From: Raja brachyura
Taxonomy: Eukaryota
Assembly (NCBI GenBank): GCA_963514005.1
Contig: OY740784.1
Span: 86,056,001 to 86,120,000 of the forward strand
DNA length: 64,000 bases
Direction of reading: 5' to 3'
Part shown: piece by piece, positions 13,238-26,460 of the stretch
Layout of the letters: every line of letters starts with the position of its first letter
Position numbering within the stretch: the stretch's first letter is position 1
Notes under the pieces: generated by a model
What the model was told of the DNA's origin: nothing
The model's database searches: none
Seen by the model: only the letters and a program-made list of their open reading frames with translations
Made by a program: the position numbers and the translations under genes

Positions 13238-14519
13238 TAACATTTCAGGCCGATGGCCATTCCAATAGATGGTTAGTTACAGCTTCTGTTGAGTCTCAGT
13301 TTAATCCAAGGAATACAATGTATAAACTTTTAAAATCAAGTCTTGGTTTTTGACTGTGAGAATGCATGTCAGTTTATGAATATAAATCTGACTTCCTACG
13401 CTGTTTTATATGATAGCTTTGGTTTTTTTCCATCACGTCTGCATATACGGCGATGCAGAAGAAATCTGTTCTCACAGTGTGGTGTCTGTTTCTTGCATAC
13501 AAGATCCTGTTGTATTGAATTGACTGCTGGCTATGTGCTTTTGACAGATTTTCAAAGCTTGAATATTTCCAACTTGGATGCAGGAAATATTTCTCTCAAT
13601 TAGATCCTTCAGTTCCTCCCTATGGATTGTGATTTCAACTCATGCAAGTTAAATCAAAATGTTGGGAGTTGCTTTTAAAATACTTTCATCCAAGATCAGA
13701 GGCGACGACTCATTGCAAGGCTTAAATCAGAGTTATACTGCTGACCCAAAGAGCGAAGAGGTCAAAGATTGGAAAGGAATCAAACATTGTTGCTCAGAGC
13801 TAAATCATTGAGTCATTGCCCACCATCATTATGTTAAAACCAAATAACTGATGACAGGAGCCGTTTTACTAAGAGCAGAAAATGCTGGAAACACTCAGGA
13901 GGTCAGGCAGTTTCTGTGGAAAGAGAAACAGAGTTAACGATTTAGAAAAACAGTGAGTGTTTCTTTTTCCAAATGAAAGGTCATAAACCTGAAACCTTAA
14001 CTGTTTCTTTTTCCACAAATGATGCCGAATGTTTCCAGGATTTTCTGCCATCATTTCATTCATTGTGTAATTTGTATCTCTGCAAAGTTCAAGGAAGTAA
14101 TTTGCACACTTTATCAGTTGTTAAATAAGCACAATCCTCAAATTAAAGATCTTCAAACATCAACCTGTGGCAAATCCATTAGGTAATCCTCAAAATGTGA
14201 ATCTTTAGACAAAACACAGTAATGAGCAATTAATTGTGCATAAAATGGATTTGGTTAAAAACAATTTAATTCGGGTAATACAATTTTTTAAACTTTTTTG
14301 TACTGAGTCAACTATAGTTGTAAAGAGTAGGAAAAGATATGAGGAATGATCCCTCAATAATGATATCTCACATTTCCTTATGACATAGGAAAAGTCTGAA
14401 GAAGGGTCTTCATAAATCTACCACATTGTTTTTGCCGTCTATAAATAACGCAACTTCAGTGAATAGGTTCATGCTTACACTTTAAACGGCAAGACAGGTA
14501 AGGGACAGTATTTGCATCT

Positions 14520-14825
14520 TTAGTTTAGTTTATATACAGCACAGAAACAGGCCCTTCGGCCCATCGAGACTGCGCCGACCAGCGATCCCCACATACTAAC
14601 ACTATCCTATATGCCAGGGACAATTTACAATCTTTACCAAAGCCAATGAACCTACAAACCTGTACGTCATTGGAGTTGGGGAAGAAACCAGAGCACCCGG
14701 AGAAAACCCACGCCGGTCTCGGGGAGAACGTAAGAACTCCGTACAGACAGCACTCGTAGTTAGGATCGAACCTGGGTCTCTGGTGTTATAGGGAAGCAAC
14801 TCTACCACTGCACCACCATGCCGCC
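14520..14825 (-). mobile_element. Full-length V-SINE (HE1-like)
   Basis: A box tggtgcagtgg, B box ggttcgatcc, (taaac)n tail; starts about 44 bp past the exon 3 donor. Confidence 0.85.
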
Positions 14826-14868
14826 AGAAATTACCTCCCTTTGTACAAAACAACTCGCATTCACTCAC

Positions 14869-15017
14869 CATCGATGGTCAGTACCCGCAGCTGGAGTCCA
14901 AGGTTATGCTGGGGGCTCATCACCCAGAAGTTGCTGGTAGCAGTGATGTCAAACACCAGCCAGCCTTCCTCCGAGGTCCAAACCGTCTGAGTATCCAGCA
15001 GCAACAGATCAGTATCT
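14869..15017 (-). CDS. bmp7: BMP7-like coding exon 3 (149 bp, prodomain); not in the ORF track
   Basis: Acceptor ttttctcttgagcag|A; translated by hand as (R)[49 protein letters not shown](G), containing the BMP5-8 [13 protein letters not shown] motif; phase-1 donor G|gtgagt; phases agree with exon 2. Confidence 0.93.
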
Positions 15018-16624
15018 CTGCTCAAGAGAAAACATCGAATGGTTGAGTTTTTAAAAAGTTGGAAAACTTCTGCAAATCATTGTAAATGTATTTGTGAAAA
15101 TATAACAGATACTTATCACATAGAAAACAAAATAAAGCGTGATTGAGCCTGAAACTATAAATTACTCATGGAGTATTATTTACATCCATATGGAAACATT
15201 TCTCTGTTTACCATCAGAATATCCTTGCTTGAAAACTCAATATCTGTATACAGGAATGAAATGTTGATGCAACTTGAATTATTATTTTCCAAAGCAAAAT
15301 TCAATGACCACCATTTGCAAATTGGTTGGCAGTACTGTGGAAATTCAACTGGTGGGGGTCAATTCTCATGGGCCCACCGTAATTTCCACCTCTAACACAA
15401 AGAGGTTATTCTGCTCCCTGTGCAATGCACCTTACAAACTTTGTCGAGAAACTTAGTCCACGTTGTTGAGGGGGGTAATCATTAGTTGGGCATTTCAAGG
15501 ACAACGTGATCTTCATAGAGCAACTCTGGACTATCACCCATGGAAGCAACTCCGTACATATCCAAGAAATAAAAACAGAAGTGGCGTGTTCAGACCTTTG
15601 TGCCTGTACAATCTTCCTGCACTAAATCCACATCCCCTCAAACTTCCCCTAACCCTCTGTTATGTGGAGACATCTCGCCCACTTAACCAAGCACTACCCA
15701 CAATCTAACCAACAAATGCCCACTTTCCTAGAAAGCTCTCAACCCAGGATTTGACCGATCTAGACTCCACCACACCCCAAGACCAAACCAGAGCATGGGG
15801 GTTGTGACTGAGCACGCGATCCAGGCAGCACCAAAATTCACAGCAGGGGCCCATTGACCCAAGTCACTTGCACGGGAACACTGTTAATCCCATGCATAGT
15901 TTCCCAGTCGCAAAGATGCAAGTCTTATTCCATACGAATTATGAAGTCCTATTAAGTCTTTCCCCCCCCATTTGCAATGACTCAAAGGATTCAGGGAAAC
16001 TCCCGCATAGCGGCCATTCAACAGCATTGGCCTCAGTCTCCTTACCTCGCAGCATCTAGATGTTCAGAGTCAAGAGAACAACTGGGGATGTAGAGGAGGT
16101 TGAGGGAGAATGCACTGCCAAATAACAAACAGCTTCTTGCCAAGTCACAACCAGAACCATTGGTGCCAATTGTTGAGGTCACAGGCATGTCACACCTGCA
16201 ATCGTATGCAGAAGACAGTGGGAGGAAGCTTCATCCTAAAGGAGGATGTAACTACAGGAAGGATCACATCAGTCTGCAGCTGTATCAAACTGAAATAATC
16301 ATTCCTTTCTGTTTTAGTTGCAGAGCAAATTTGTAAGTCAGCAAACACAGAGGTCTCCAATGCAAAATACTATCAGACTCAATAGTGAACTTCAAGCAGC
16401 TCTTAGTTTATATCAAAACTGCTCATTTTTGCTGACGATCGTCCAATGTTCAGTTTCTCTTCTCTCTCCATCTCGATACATTCTTAATGCAGCCCATCCT
16501 GGGCATCTCAGAGCCCAGCTATTGGCAATATATTTTCAGACAGACGGACAGCAGAGAAACCTATCCAACCTATCCTCATGGCATCCTTGAGCCTCACCAT
16601 GGAACAAGCATTCTCATGGCCTTA

Positions 16625-16981
16625 TAGAAACATAGAAAATAGGTGCAGGAGTAGGCCATTCGGCCCTTCGAGCCTGCACCGCCATTCAATGTGATCATGG
16701 CCGATCATCCAACTCAGTATCCCGTACCTGCCTTCTCTCCATACCCCCTGATCCCTTTAGCCACAAGTGCCACATCTAACGCCCTCTTAAATATAGCCAA
16801 TGAACTGGCCTCAACTACCTTCTGTGGCAGAGAATTCCAGAGACTCACCACTCTCTGTGTAAAGAATGTTTTCCTCATCTCGGTCCTAAAGGAATTCCCC
16901 CTTATCCTTAGACTGTGACCCCTTGTTCTGGACTCCCCCAACATCAGGAACAATCTTCCAGCATCTAGCTTGTCCAACCCC
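16625..16981 (-). mobile_element. CR1 3' end, young subfamily
   Basis: GESRTRGHSLRIRG..FFTQRVVSLWNSLP; tail; nearly identical to 45017-45365. Confidence 0.9.
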
Positions 16982-17439
16982 TTCATCCCTCCATCCCTCC
17001 CCACCAGAGGAGATAGTGGAGGCAGATGCTGCAACACCATCTAAAAGACATTTGGACAGGTATATAGGCAGGAAAGGTTTAGAGACCATGGGCCAAACGC
17101 AGGCAGGTGGGATTAGTGTCGATGGGGCAACTTGGTTGGACGTTGGGCTGAAGGGCTTGTGTCTGTGCTGTATGACTATGAGCCCACCCCCCCCACCTTC
17201 TGTCCAACTATTCTTTCCTAATCCGGACAAATATTCTTTGACCTGAAATGTTAACTCTTTCTTTCGGCAAATGGTGCCTTATATGCCAACTGTTTTCTGA
17301 ATTTTATTTTTATTCAAGGTGATATCATCACTGGAAAGACTTGCATTTCTATCCCTCTTAGAAGACTGCAGAAAGCAATACCCTTTAGTACTCTTCAATT
17401 GCAGTCATTATCATAATGCAGAGAACTGCCACCAGTACA

Positions 17440-17895
17440 TAGCAGTCGAATTGCAGCCTGGTAGCGGTAGAAACCCGGGTTCGATCTCGACTATGGGTGC
17501 TCTCTGCAGGGAGTTTGTCCGTTCTCCCTATCACCATGTGGGCTTTCTCCAGGTGCTTTTGGCTTCTGTAAATTTCCCCTAATATGAAGGATAGAACTAG
17601 TGTACAGGTGATCATTGGTTGGCGCAGACCATAGATCACCCGTTCAGACAAGTTCTATGTTATCCCACTTTCTCATCCACTCCCTACGCACTAGGGGCAT
17701 TTAAAAAAATATATACAGAGGCCAATTAACCTACAAACTCACACATCTTTGGACTGTGGGAGTAAACCAGAGTACCCAGAGGAAACCCAGGGGATCACAC
17801 TGAGAACGTGCAAACTCCACACAGACAGCACCTGAGGTGAGGATCGAACCAGTCTCTGGCGCTGTGAGGCAACAGCTCTACCTGCTGTGCCGCCC
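17440..17895. mobile_element. Two V-SINEs in inverted (tail-to-tail) orientation
   Basis: Plus copy about 17440-17620 (gggttcgatc B box) and minus copy about 17680-17895. Confidence 0.65.
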
Positions 17896-19019
17896 TCTAT
17901 GTAGCTGGTTACAACACCGTGAAATGATTAGTCAGGAGCAAAGACCACTGCAATCTTTCTTTGAATGCTTGATGCATAGATAAGGAGGGGGACTAAGAGA
18001 AGAATGCTGAGAGTTTTGGATTACTCCAGGAAATGGCAGGCACGAAGGGCTGAATGGCCTACTCCTGCACCTAATTTCTATGGCCCTCTTCAGGCCTTTG
18101 GTTCAACGGCACGCGATCTAAGTTTTTGTTTTAAAAGGCTCATTGTGCACTTACTGTCGTCTCGACAAGCCCGCTGTACAAGCAACCCATGGAACAAATG
18201 CACTTGCAAAGTGAACATGAATGATATCTGGTCGAGCACTTTTCCCAGCGGCCCCCAGACCCGCTCCCAACCCTGTAATTAACCAGGTGTGTTGAAGGCA
18301 GCGGGTCAGATGCAGGTGATGCAACAAATAACTCTTTCATTTCACTTCCAACACTTTGAAGCCCCCCTTCACTTCCACGGGTTGATCCATTCAGGCAGAT
18401 TTGGCATTTGGTACAATCAGCTCAAGCATGACCTTTGTACTTAAAAAGTTTAATAACCACCCAGAATTCAAAACAAACCCTTTGGTTCAGCTAAGTCTCC
18501 TTCCACCAAAATGAAGAAGGCATAACTAACAATCATTAGGAAGAGGATTGCTTTAAATAGTTATTTTGCAACAGGATACACCATGTTTTCTGGCTCCATT
18601 CTCCCCCTCAGTGATGTGTGACGGGACAGTAAAATTCTTGCACCTTCTAAAGGGAAAGCTGGGTTTTGCTTGTAATAGAACAAAGAACACATGATTTAAT
18701 GCGAACACAATGCTGCCCATTGTGCAATCTACAAAATGCCCATTTGTTTCTCTCCAACTAAGCATGAAATTAGATTATTCATATCCTTTGAAAACATCTC
18801 AAAAGTGGATGTGTTCTATCCATGCCTGTTAGAAACATGTGCTAAGAGAATACCCCACAGCAACCCCAGCTGTTACATTGATAATCAGTGAACTTGACGA
18901 TAAACCATGCTTTGGTTGGGTAGGAAACCTCTGTAGGATTAAACAGAAGATGGGAGCACAGCGAGTGAGTCAGTCCATTTGGTTTCAAACATTTCTTCAA
19001 AAAAGTAAGGGACATGGAA

Positions 19020-19535
19020 GGGGCAGCAGAGCGATAGAGTTGCTGCCTTACAGCGGCTGAGACCCGGGTTCGACCCTGACTACGCGTGCTGATTGTATGG
19101 AGTTTGTACGTTTTCTCTGGCTGCCTCCCACATCCCAAAGACATACAGGTTTGTAGGCTGTGTAGGAAAGAACTGCAGATGCAGGTTTATATCGAAGGTA
19201 GACACAAAATGCTGGAGTAACTCAGCAGGTGAGGCAGCATCTTTGGCGGGAATGAATGGGTGATGTTTCAGGTCGCGAGCCTTCTTCAGGCTGATCTTCT
19301 TCAGTCTGAAGGGTCCCGACCCAAAACATCACCCATTCCTTCTCTCCAGAGTAACTCAGCCTGTCCTACTGAGTTACTCCAGCATTTTGTCTGCCAGGTT
19401 TGTAGGCTAATAGTCTTCAATAAAGATTGGAAATTGTCCCTAGTGTGCAAGATAGTGCTAGTGTACGGGGATCACTAGTCGGCAAAGAATCTGTGGGCCG
19501 AAGGGCCTGTTTTCGCGCTAAGTCTCAAAACTATA
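19020..19535 (+). mobile_element. V-SINE interrupted by a palindromic Penelope-derived element (19160-19394)
   Basis: Perfect 14-bp TSD caggtttgtaggct at 19146-19159 and 19395-19408. Confidence 0.85.
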
Positions 19536-19869
19536 CTAAAGACAGTTGGTCTGATGTCACAGCAATCACATCCCTACCAGCAGAGAAAAATTCTGTAACC
19601 TGAATAAACCAATTTGAAAGATTTACTACCATTAATTTAAAACAGACAAGAATGCTTAATAAAATATACTTTACTTTCTAAAATAAACCAAGTATCTATG
19701 TTAAAATATAGAAATGATAAAGTACAGTGGGCAAAGCACTTGAATTCGATTTATTGATTAAAAGGGAGATACAATAAAACTCAGATAATCTGGAATCTGA
19801 TTGTTCAGAAAGCCAAGTGTTGTGACATTTGACTCATTCATTAGCCTAGCATGATTCGAGTGTCTTTTG

Positions 19870-20040
19870 GGTGTCCCTTGATGTCTCATTTTCACACCTT
19901 ACCCTTCCTTATCTCTGTGTCTCCCTTTCCCCAGACTCTCAGTCTGAAGAAGGGTCTCGACTCGAAACATCACCCATTCCTTCCATGCAGAGATGGTGCT
20001 TACCCACTGAGTTACTCTGGCATTTTGTGTCTATCTTCGA
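19870..20040 (+). mobile_element. Penelope-like pLTR fragment with hammerhead-like core
   Basis: ctgaagaagggtctcgactcgaaacatc from 19944. Confidence 0.6.
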
Positions 20041-21749
20041 TGTGAGCGAGATGTGCAGCTTGAACCAACGGTCTGGAATGCCTAGCGTTCTGGGACCGGG
20101 GTTGGACTGAAGTCTGAGTATTTGGCGAGAGATGGAACAGGTTTGGGAAATGTGGAAATGTGGGTAGGTTTGAGACTGGAGCCTGGGTCAAGATTACTTG
20201 TATGTGCCAGCTTGTTTGATGAGCTGAAACTTGTAAACTGAAACTTAATGGAGTCTGTTTCCTACTTCCACTCATCTGGTTCACTGGAAATTTTATTATA
20301 CTGTATAATATGTAAAAACAAAGTGAAATACAACAGTGGGGAAGAAGTTTGACCTGGAACATTACACCTCAGTTGCTCTATACGGATGTACAAAGTCTGA
20401 TCCTGTGTTATTGAGAGAGACCAAGGCCTCTGCTTAAAAATCTTTAACAAAACCTTCACAAAAGCACTCAGTACAGAAAATGCGATTGGATCAATGTGAA
20501 ATAGTTATTATTTTTACATGGAGCACATGGATGCTGTAATCTTAAGCAAAAAATGTGACCAAGGAACTCAGCGGGTCAGGCAGCATCTGTGGAGGGAATG
20601 GACAAACACATTTTGGGTCGGGGCACTTTCTCAGACAGTCTGAAGGGATTGTGGGCAGAGCTGTAGCCAAGCCAAGTTGAGGTACCGTCAGTTGCACAGT
20701 GTAAAGAGGAAAAATGTATTCTCATTACAAACACAAAATATGGGCCTGCGTTTCAGACGATACCTCGGCATCACTGTGATTAAGCCGAAGCCAACTGTTA
20801 ACCACATGCTCAGCGTTTGATTTCACCACCATGCCCAACAATGCTGGAAAGTTCCTCTCAGATCTACACGTTCAACAGCAAAGCTGATCTACTCCCACTG
20901 CCCTGGCAACAGCGAGTGCTCGTCCACACCAACTCCAGCTTCTCGGGCGAAAATAATTCTTAATACAACATAATCTGATAAATCCGTGAATGATTCAGGA
21001 TTGCCCTCTCAGCGTGCACAAAAGCTCAATTGTATACAAGCACTCAAAGAGCATTTGTCAGTGTGCTCAGTCCAAAAGGGCTGCTCTTAAATCACACCTT
21101 TCACCGTCGCACCTTTGGGAGCCGTTTCCTCAAGGTTGTGCATTTCAACAAAATCTTAAACATTACAGACTACCGATATCTAGTGGAGCAAAAACCGTAC
21201 TTTAATTAAAAAAAACCTCTCTAAAGTTATGCGAGCATATTAACAGCATGAGAAAAGCTTCCCATCACCAAGTACTGGAACTGCCAGTAATGTTAATATG
21301 CAGCAGTGCTTTCTTTGAGCCATGTGCAAACAATATTGCTTTGAAATTTGATGTACCCAACTGTACCCCCCAGGCGATTCCATGCTGGGAGTTCATTCTC
21401 CAACACAAACTAATGTTGCCCCAAGTAGAATATCTGGCAAAGAACTTGAGAACTCGTTGATATATATCAGTTGTGTGTGCTTACCTGGAATAAGCTGCGC
21501 GGAGCAGCAATTGGCAACACAGAACAAATCAAAGCTGAGAGAGGTATGAAAAAACAAATGCACCAGCTAAAATGTGGTTGGAATGTTAAAGCAGCTTCTT
21601 CACGAATAGCAGGACCTACATTTTAGGCAAATTTATAAGAGTGCAATGCAACACAGCAAAGCGACCCAATGCTCAGCATCAGATGGGAGGTGGATTCTGA
21701 GTTTACACATTGGGTCTCATTCGACTGGGGAAGACGTGTTTAGAATAGG

Positions 21750-22455
21750 TTCTTAAGTGATAGGAGAAGAATTAGTTCATTCGGCCCATCAAGTCTACTA
21801 TGTCATTCAATCATGGCTGATCGGTCTTTCCTTCTCATCCCCATTCTGCTACCTTCTCCCCTGATACCCGTACTAATCAAGAATTAAATATATCCATTGA
21901 CTTGGCCTCCACAGCCTTCTGTGGCAATGAATTCCAGATTCACCACCCACTGACAAAAGAAATTCCCCCTCATTCTCTTCCTAAAGGAACAGCCTTTAAT
22001 TCTGAGGCTAGACTCTCTGGTCCTAGACTCTCCCCCCAGTGGAAACATCCTTTCCACATCCACTCTATCCAGGCCTACCACTGTTAAAATAGTTCCCAGT
22101 GCTGGGGGAGTCCAGAACCAGGGGTCAGTTCAAGAATAAGGGATAGGCCATTTAGGACTGTGATGAGGAAAAACGTTTTCACCCAGACAGTTGTGAATCT
22201 GTGGAATTCTCTGCCGCAGAAGGCAGTGGAGGCCAATTTGCTGGATGTTTTCAAGAGAGTTAGATTTAGCTCTTAGGGCTACGGGAATCAAGGGATATAG
22301 GGAAAAAGATGGAACGGGGTACTGATTTTGGATGATCAGCCATGATCATATTGAATGGCGGTGCTGGCTCGAAGGGTCGAGTGGCCTACTCCTGCGCCTA
22401 TTTTCTATGTTTGGTAAGTTACAATGAGGTTCTCCCCTCATCCTTCTAAAGTCCA
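21750..22455. mobile_element. Minus-strand CR1 3' end with a plus-strand CR1 3' end (about 22090-22410) nested in it
   Basis: Both carry CR1 3' motifs and tails; the host resumes at about 22412. Confidence 0.75.
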
Positions 22456-22824
22456 GAATATAATGGTACAGCTTTATAAAACTGGTTAGGCCACAGGGGC
22501 AATTCTGATTGTCTCACAAATGCACTGGAACGGGTGTAGAGAAGATTTTCCCAGGCAGTTGCCTGGGAATAAGTGATTCAGTTATCAGCACAGACTGAGT
22601 AGGATGGGCTTGCTTTACTTGGAGAGGAGAAAACAGGGAACTGGATAGAAGTTTAAAATAATTGAGGGACACAGATTAGGCAAATGGTAGGAAATTCTTC
22701 CCCAAACCCCAAAGGCATCTAAAACCCAAGGGGCTTTGGGTACAACTAAGTAGAGATCTGAGGAAGAACTGTTTCACCCAGAGGATTGTTGGAACGCATT
22801 GCCTGAAGGAGTGGTGGAGGCTTT

Positions 22825-23050
22825 GGACTTTGGACTTTAGAGATACTATGCAGAAACATGCCCTTGGGCACACAGAGTCCACGCCGACCAATAATGAGCA
22901 CAATAGGAACAATTCACAATTTCACCAAAACCAATTAACCTACAAACCTGTATGCCTTTAGAATGTGGGAGAAAACCGAAGCACCCGGAGAAAACCGGTT
23001 GCTAGGAGAACATAGATACTCCATACAGTGAACACCCATAGTTAGGTTTG
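22825..23050 (-). mobile_element. V-SINE fragment
   Basis: ccaattaacctacaaacctg body shared with the other copies. Confidence 0.7.
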
Positions 23051-23511
23051 AGTTAGCTGCCCCATTCACCTTATCATAGACAATTTTTCGCCCCAATGCC
23101 ATTTCCTCCCCGATCCACTTATCCCTGGACTCCTTACATATCTAGTCTTATTAATCTACTTGTTATATGAACTCAAGTGAATGTCTATGGATGTTCACTA
23201 TGAACAATCACGAAGATTTGCCTTCCTTGGAGCAAAGAGATTTCTCCTCATCTCTCCCAAATGGCCGCCACCCTCCCCATGCCGATGCTCCATAAGGGAG
23301 GATGAAGAGGATGCCTACATCTACCCTCCCAAAAACTCCATGGTTCAACCTGTCATTCTTCCAAGCTCCAGAGAGTGGAAGCCTGGCCTAATTAGTCTTT
23401 CCCCCTGTGCCACATATTACACCCTCCCCATTCCAGAGCTGTCAAGGGACTCCAGAGCCCAGCAGAAAGGATAAAGGGGAGTAGGGTGGGTTTTTTGAGA
23501 CAGGAACCAAC

Positions 23512-23701
23512 CTGTTTGCATCCTCATGCAACACCTGGTAGATGCCAATCTCGAACGTTTCATTTTCAAAGCGGCTTCTGACCCACTCCTTGTAAATGCG
23601 GAACTCTGAGGCTGTGACAGACTCCCCCTCTGGAATTTGGGACAGGTTAAATTTGTACTCTTTGTGGTGTGGCTGGTAGACAGTGTAGTCTTCTTGCTCA
23701 A
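23512..23701 (-). CDS. bmp7: BMP7-like coding exon 2 (190 bp, prodomain)
   Basis: Acceptor tcttttcctttgcag|TT; translates [64 protein letters not shown], in frame with exon 1; phase-2 donor AG|gttggt. Confidence 0.93.
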
Positions 23702-24109
23702 CTGCAAAGGAAAAGACATTAGAAATTAATAAGCAGAAGGCAACACCAACATTACATAAGGTTATACACACACACACTTTCAATAGTGTTAAGGTGAATA
23801 TTCAATGAAATAAACTTGCAGAGCAATACAATGTGGGTAACCAGAGATGAACTTTTCTGACTTAGAGGAATTCGCTTACGAATAATTAACTCTCAGGAAC
23901 ATAACCTGGGGACTCCCACAAATCCTAATCAGCACCTGCAGTGCTCACATCTGTATGGCAACAATTGCACAGAAGACCATTAGACGGCAGCCCCCATTAT
24001 ATCACTGAGCAAGGAAGAAAATATAGAAAACAACCAGCAGATGCTGGAAATCTGAAACAAAAACAGAAGATACTGCAAGCACTCGGCAGGTTAGGCAGCA
24101 GTTGGAGCT

Positions 24110-24760
24110 GGAACACTCGTGATTACTGACGGCCGATTCGCCAAATACTTGCGCTCAGTCTGTCAAGGCATTCTGGATCTCCTCGTTGCGAACCATTTTA
24201 ACTCCCCATCTCATTCCCATACTGACCTTTCTGTCCCGAGCCTCCCCCTTCGCAAATTGGAGGAACAGAATCTCTTATTCCGCTTTGTTAGCTTACATTC
24301 CAACAGTAAGAACATTGAATACTCTAAATTTTAGGTAACCTCTAACAACCCACCTCACTCCTTCCCCTTTCTCCCCCCACACTCCTCATGCCCTCCATCC
24401 CCATGGTCCACCTGGACTCGCACCTATTGTCTGCCCCTCCTTCCCCGCCGACGTACATCCCCTCCTCTGGCTTCACAATTTACAACACGTCAAATCCTTT
24501 TGTCTCATATTTCTGGCCTTTGTACAATCATCTGCCTATAACTCCATCCCCCCTTCCTCGTGTCCATCCACTATCTGCCACACTTGTCATGCCCCTCCAA
24601 CTATCTAACCCCCCCCCCCCCCCCCCACACAATCAGTCTGAAGGATCCCGACCGAAAACGTTCCCCATCCATGTTCTCCAGGGATGCTGCCTGATCTGCT
24701 AAGTTGCTTCAGCAGTTTGTGTCTTTTTTTGTACATCAGCATTCACAGTTCCTTATTTCG
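24110..24760 (+). mobile_element. Penelope-like (Neptune-type) retroelement 3' remnant: GIY-YIG C-terminus, UTR and pLTR
   Basis: ORF 24119-24334 GRFAKYLRSV...VANHFNSPSHSHTDLSV...RKLEEQNLLFRF..L..NIE resembles the C-terminal half of PLE GIY-YIG endonucleases; followed by a C-rich UTR and a decayed hammerhead core at about 24638-24662. Confidence 0.7.
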
Positions 24761-25004
24761 ACACCTCATGATCACATTTCTTTATCATTTTTCTTTTCTG
24801 TTATCATCACCCAAATCGCTAAACTAATCATAATCATATGGTCATAAAGTGATGCAGCACAGTCCACCAAGTCAGCACCAGCCTTTGCATACCCATTTAC
24901 ACTCACCCCACATACACATTACTGTTCCCGCAGCTTCCACTGCCCACCTACACAGTAAAGACAATTTGCAGCAACCCAATTAACCTATTGATTAAAATTG
25001 ATCA

Positions 25005-25152
25005 GACAGCTGCAGCTGATTCAGAACGCTGCTGCTCGAGTCCTCTAAGACCATGGAAGTGGATCACATCACTGTTTTGAGGTCTTTACACTGACTTCCA
25101 GTCTGTCAAATAATTGATTTCACAATATTACTGTTGGTTTATAAAGCACTGA
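25005..25152 (+). mobile_element. L2 LINE fragment
   Basis: LQLIQNAAARVL ... DHIT ... ILLLVYKAL. Confidence 0.7.
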
Positions 25153-25949
25153 CTTTGGTCATGCCTCCATAGTCCCCTTTGTTCAACTGCAATACTCATA
25201 CTTCTGATTTTACCTTCTCCCACTCAAATTGCAGATTAAACCTTATCATATTGAGGTCATTACCTCCTAATTCTTCCTTTTCCTTGAGTTACCTTATCAA
25301 ATCTTTTCCCTTAAAAATAAATTGTGTTTTAACTAACGCGGCCCATGTAATACAAATAGTGTTCCATAATTTATGACTTGGTTAGAGCTGACCAACTTGC
25401 ATTGGATTGAGCAGCCAATGGTCTACGCCAAAACCCCATCATCCGGCGAGAGGGCCTGAACATTGGGCCATTCACTCAAAATAAACATTAACTATTTAGT
25501 ATCTCTCCTTATCTTAACCCTTGCCTGATTAAAAACAGGCACTTTTTCCTAGGTGGCACATGGGAATTCCAGCAGATGCTGGAATCTTGAGCACAATATA
25601 AAGTGCTGGAGGAACAGAGTGGGCCAGGCAGCATCTGTGGAGGAATCATGCAGGTGACTTTTCGAATCAGGCTGAAGAAGGGTCCCGACCCAAAGCATCA
25701 CTTGTCAATTCCCTCCACAGATGCTGCCTGCCCACTCAGTCCCTCCAACAATGTGTATATTGACCTTATATGCTTGCCCTTTTAAAAGCATTGCAATCCA
25801 ACATTATCACGGACAATAAACCACATTTCTCTTTGATACTCTTACCAAATTTTACTTTTGGCAAGCCTACACACAGAAACAGAATGATGTTTTAGGTTGG
25901 AACCCTGTATCAGAATGCCAACCCCCACTGATTCTGATCAACCCGCTGA

Positions 25950-26460
25950 GTTTAGTTTAGATTAGAGATACAGCTCAGAAACAGGCTCTTCGGCCCACTA
26001 AGCCCATACCGACCAGCAATCCCTGTTCAATAGATAATAGGTGCAGGAGTACGCCATTTGGCCCTTCGAGCCAGCACCTCCATTCAATGTGATCATGGCT
26101 GATCATCCCCAATCAGTACCCCGTTCCTGCCTTCTCCCCATATTCCCCGACTCCGCTATCTTTAAGAGCCCTATCTAGCTCTCTCTTCAAAATATGCAGA
26201 GAACCGGCCTCCACCGCCCCTCTGAGGCACAGACCATCCTACACACGAGGGACCATTTACAATTTTTATCAAAGCCAATTAACCTACAAACCTGTACTTC
26301 TTTGGAGTGTGGAAGGAAACCAGAGCACCCAGAGAAAACCCACACGATCACAGGGAGAATGTACAAAGTCCGTGGAGACAGTACCTATAATCAGGATGGA
26401 AACCGGGATCTCTGGCCCTGTAAGGCAGCAAGTCTACCGCTGTGCCACCATGCTGCCCTC
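25950..26460 (-). mobile_element. V-SINE interrupted by a CR1 3' end (about 26028-26230)
   Basis: SINE tail at 25950, CR1 tail caatagataatagg at 26028, SINE body and head resume at 26231. Confidence 0.75.

Noticed and set aside
14755-14825. tRNA-like sequence with A and B boxes
   Set aside because: It is the head of a V-SINE; no complete cloverleaf and it continues into the SINE body.
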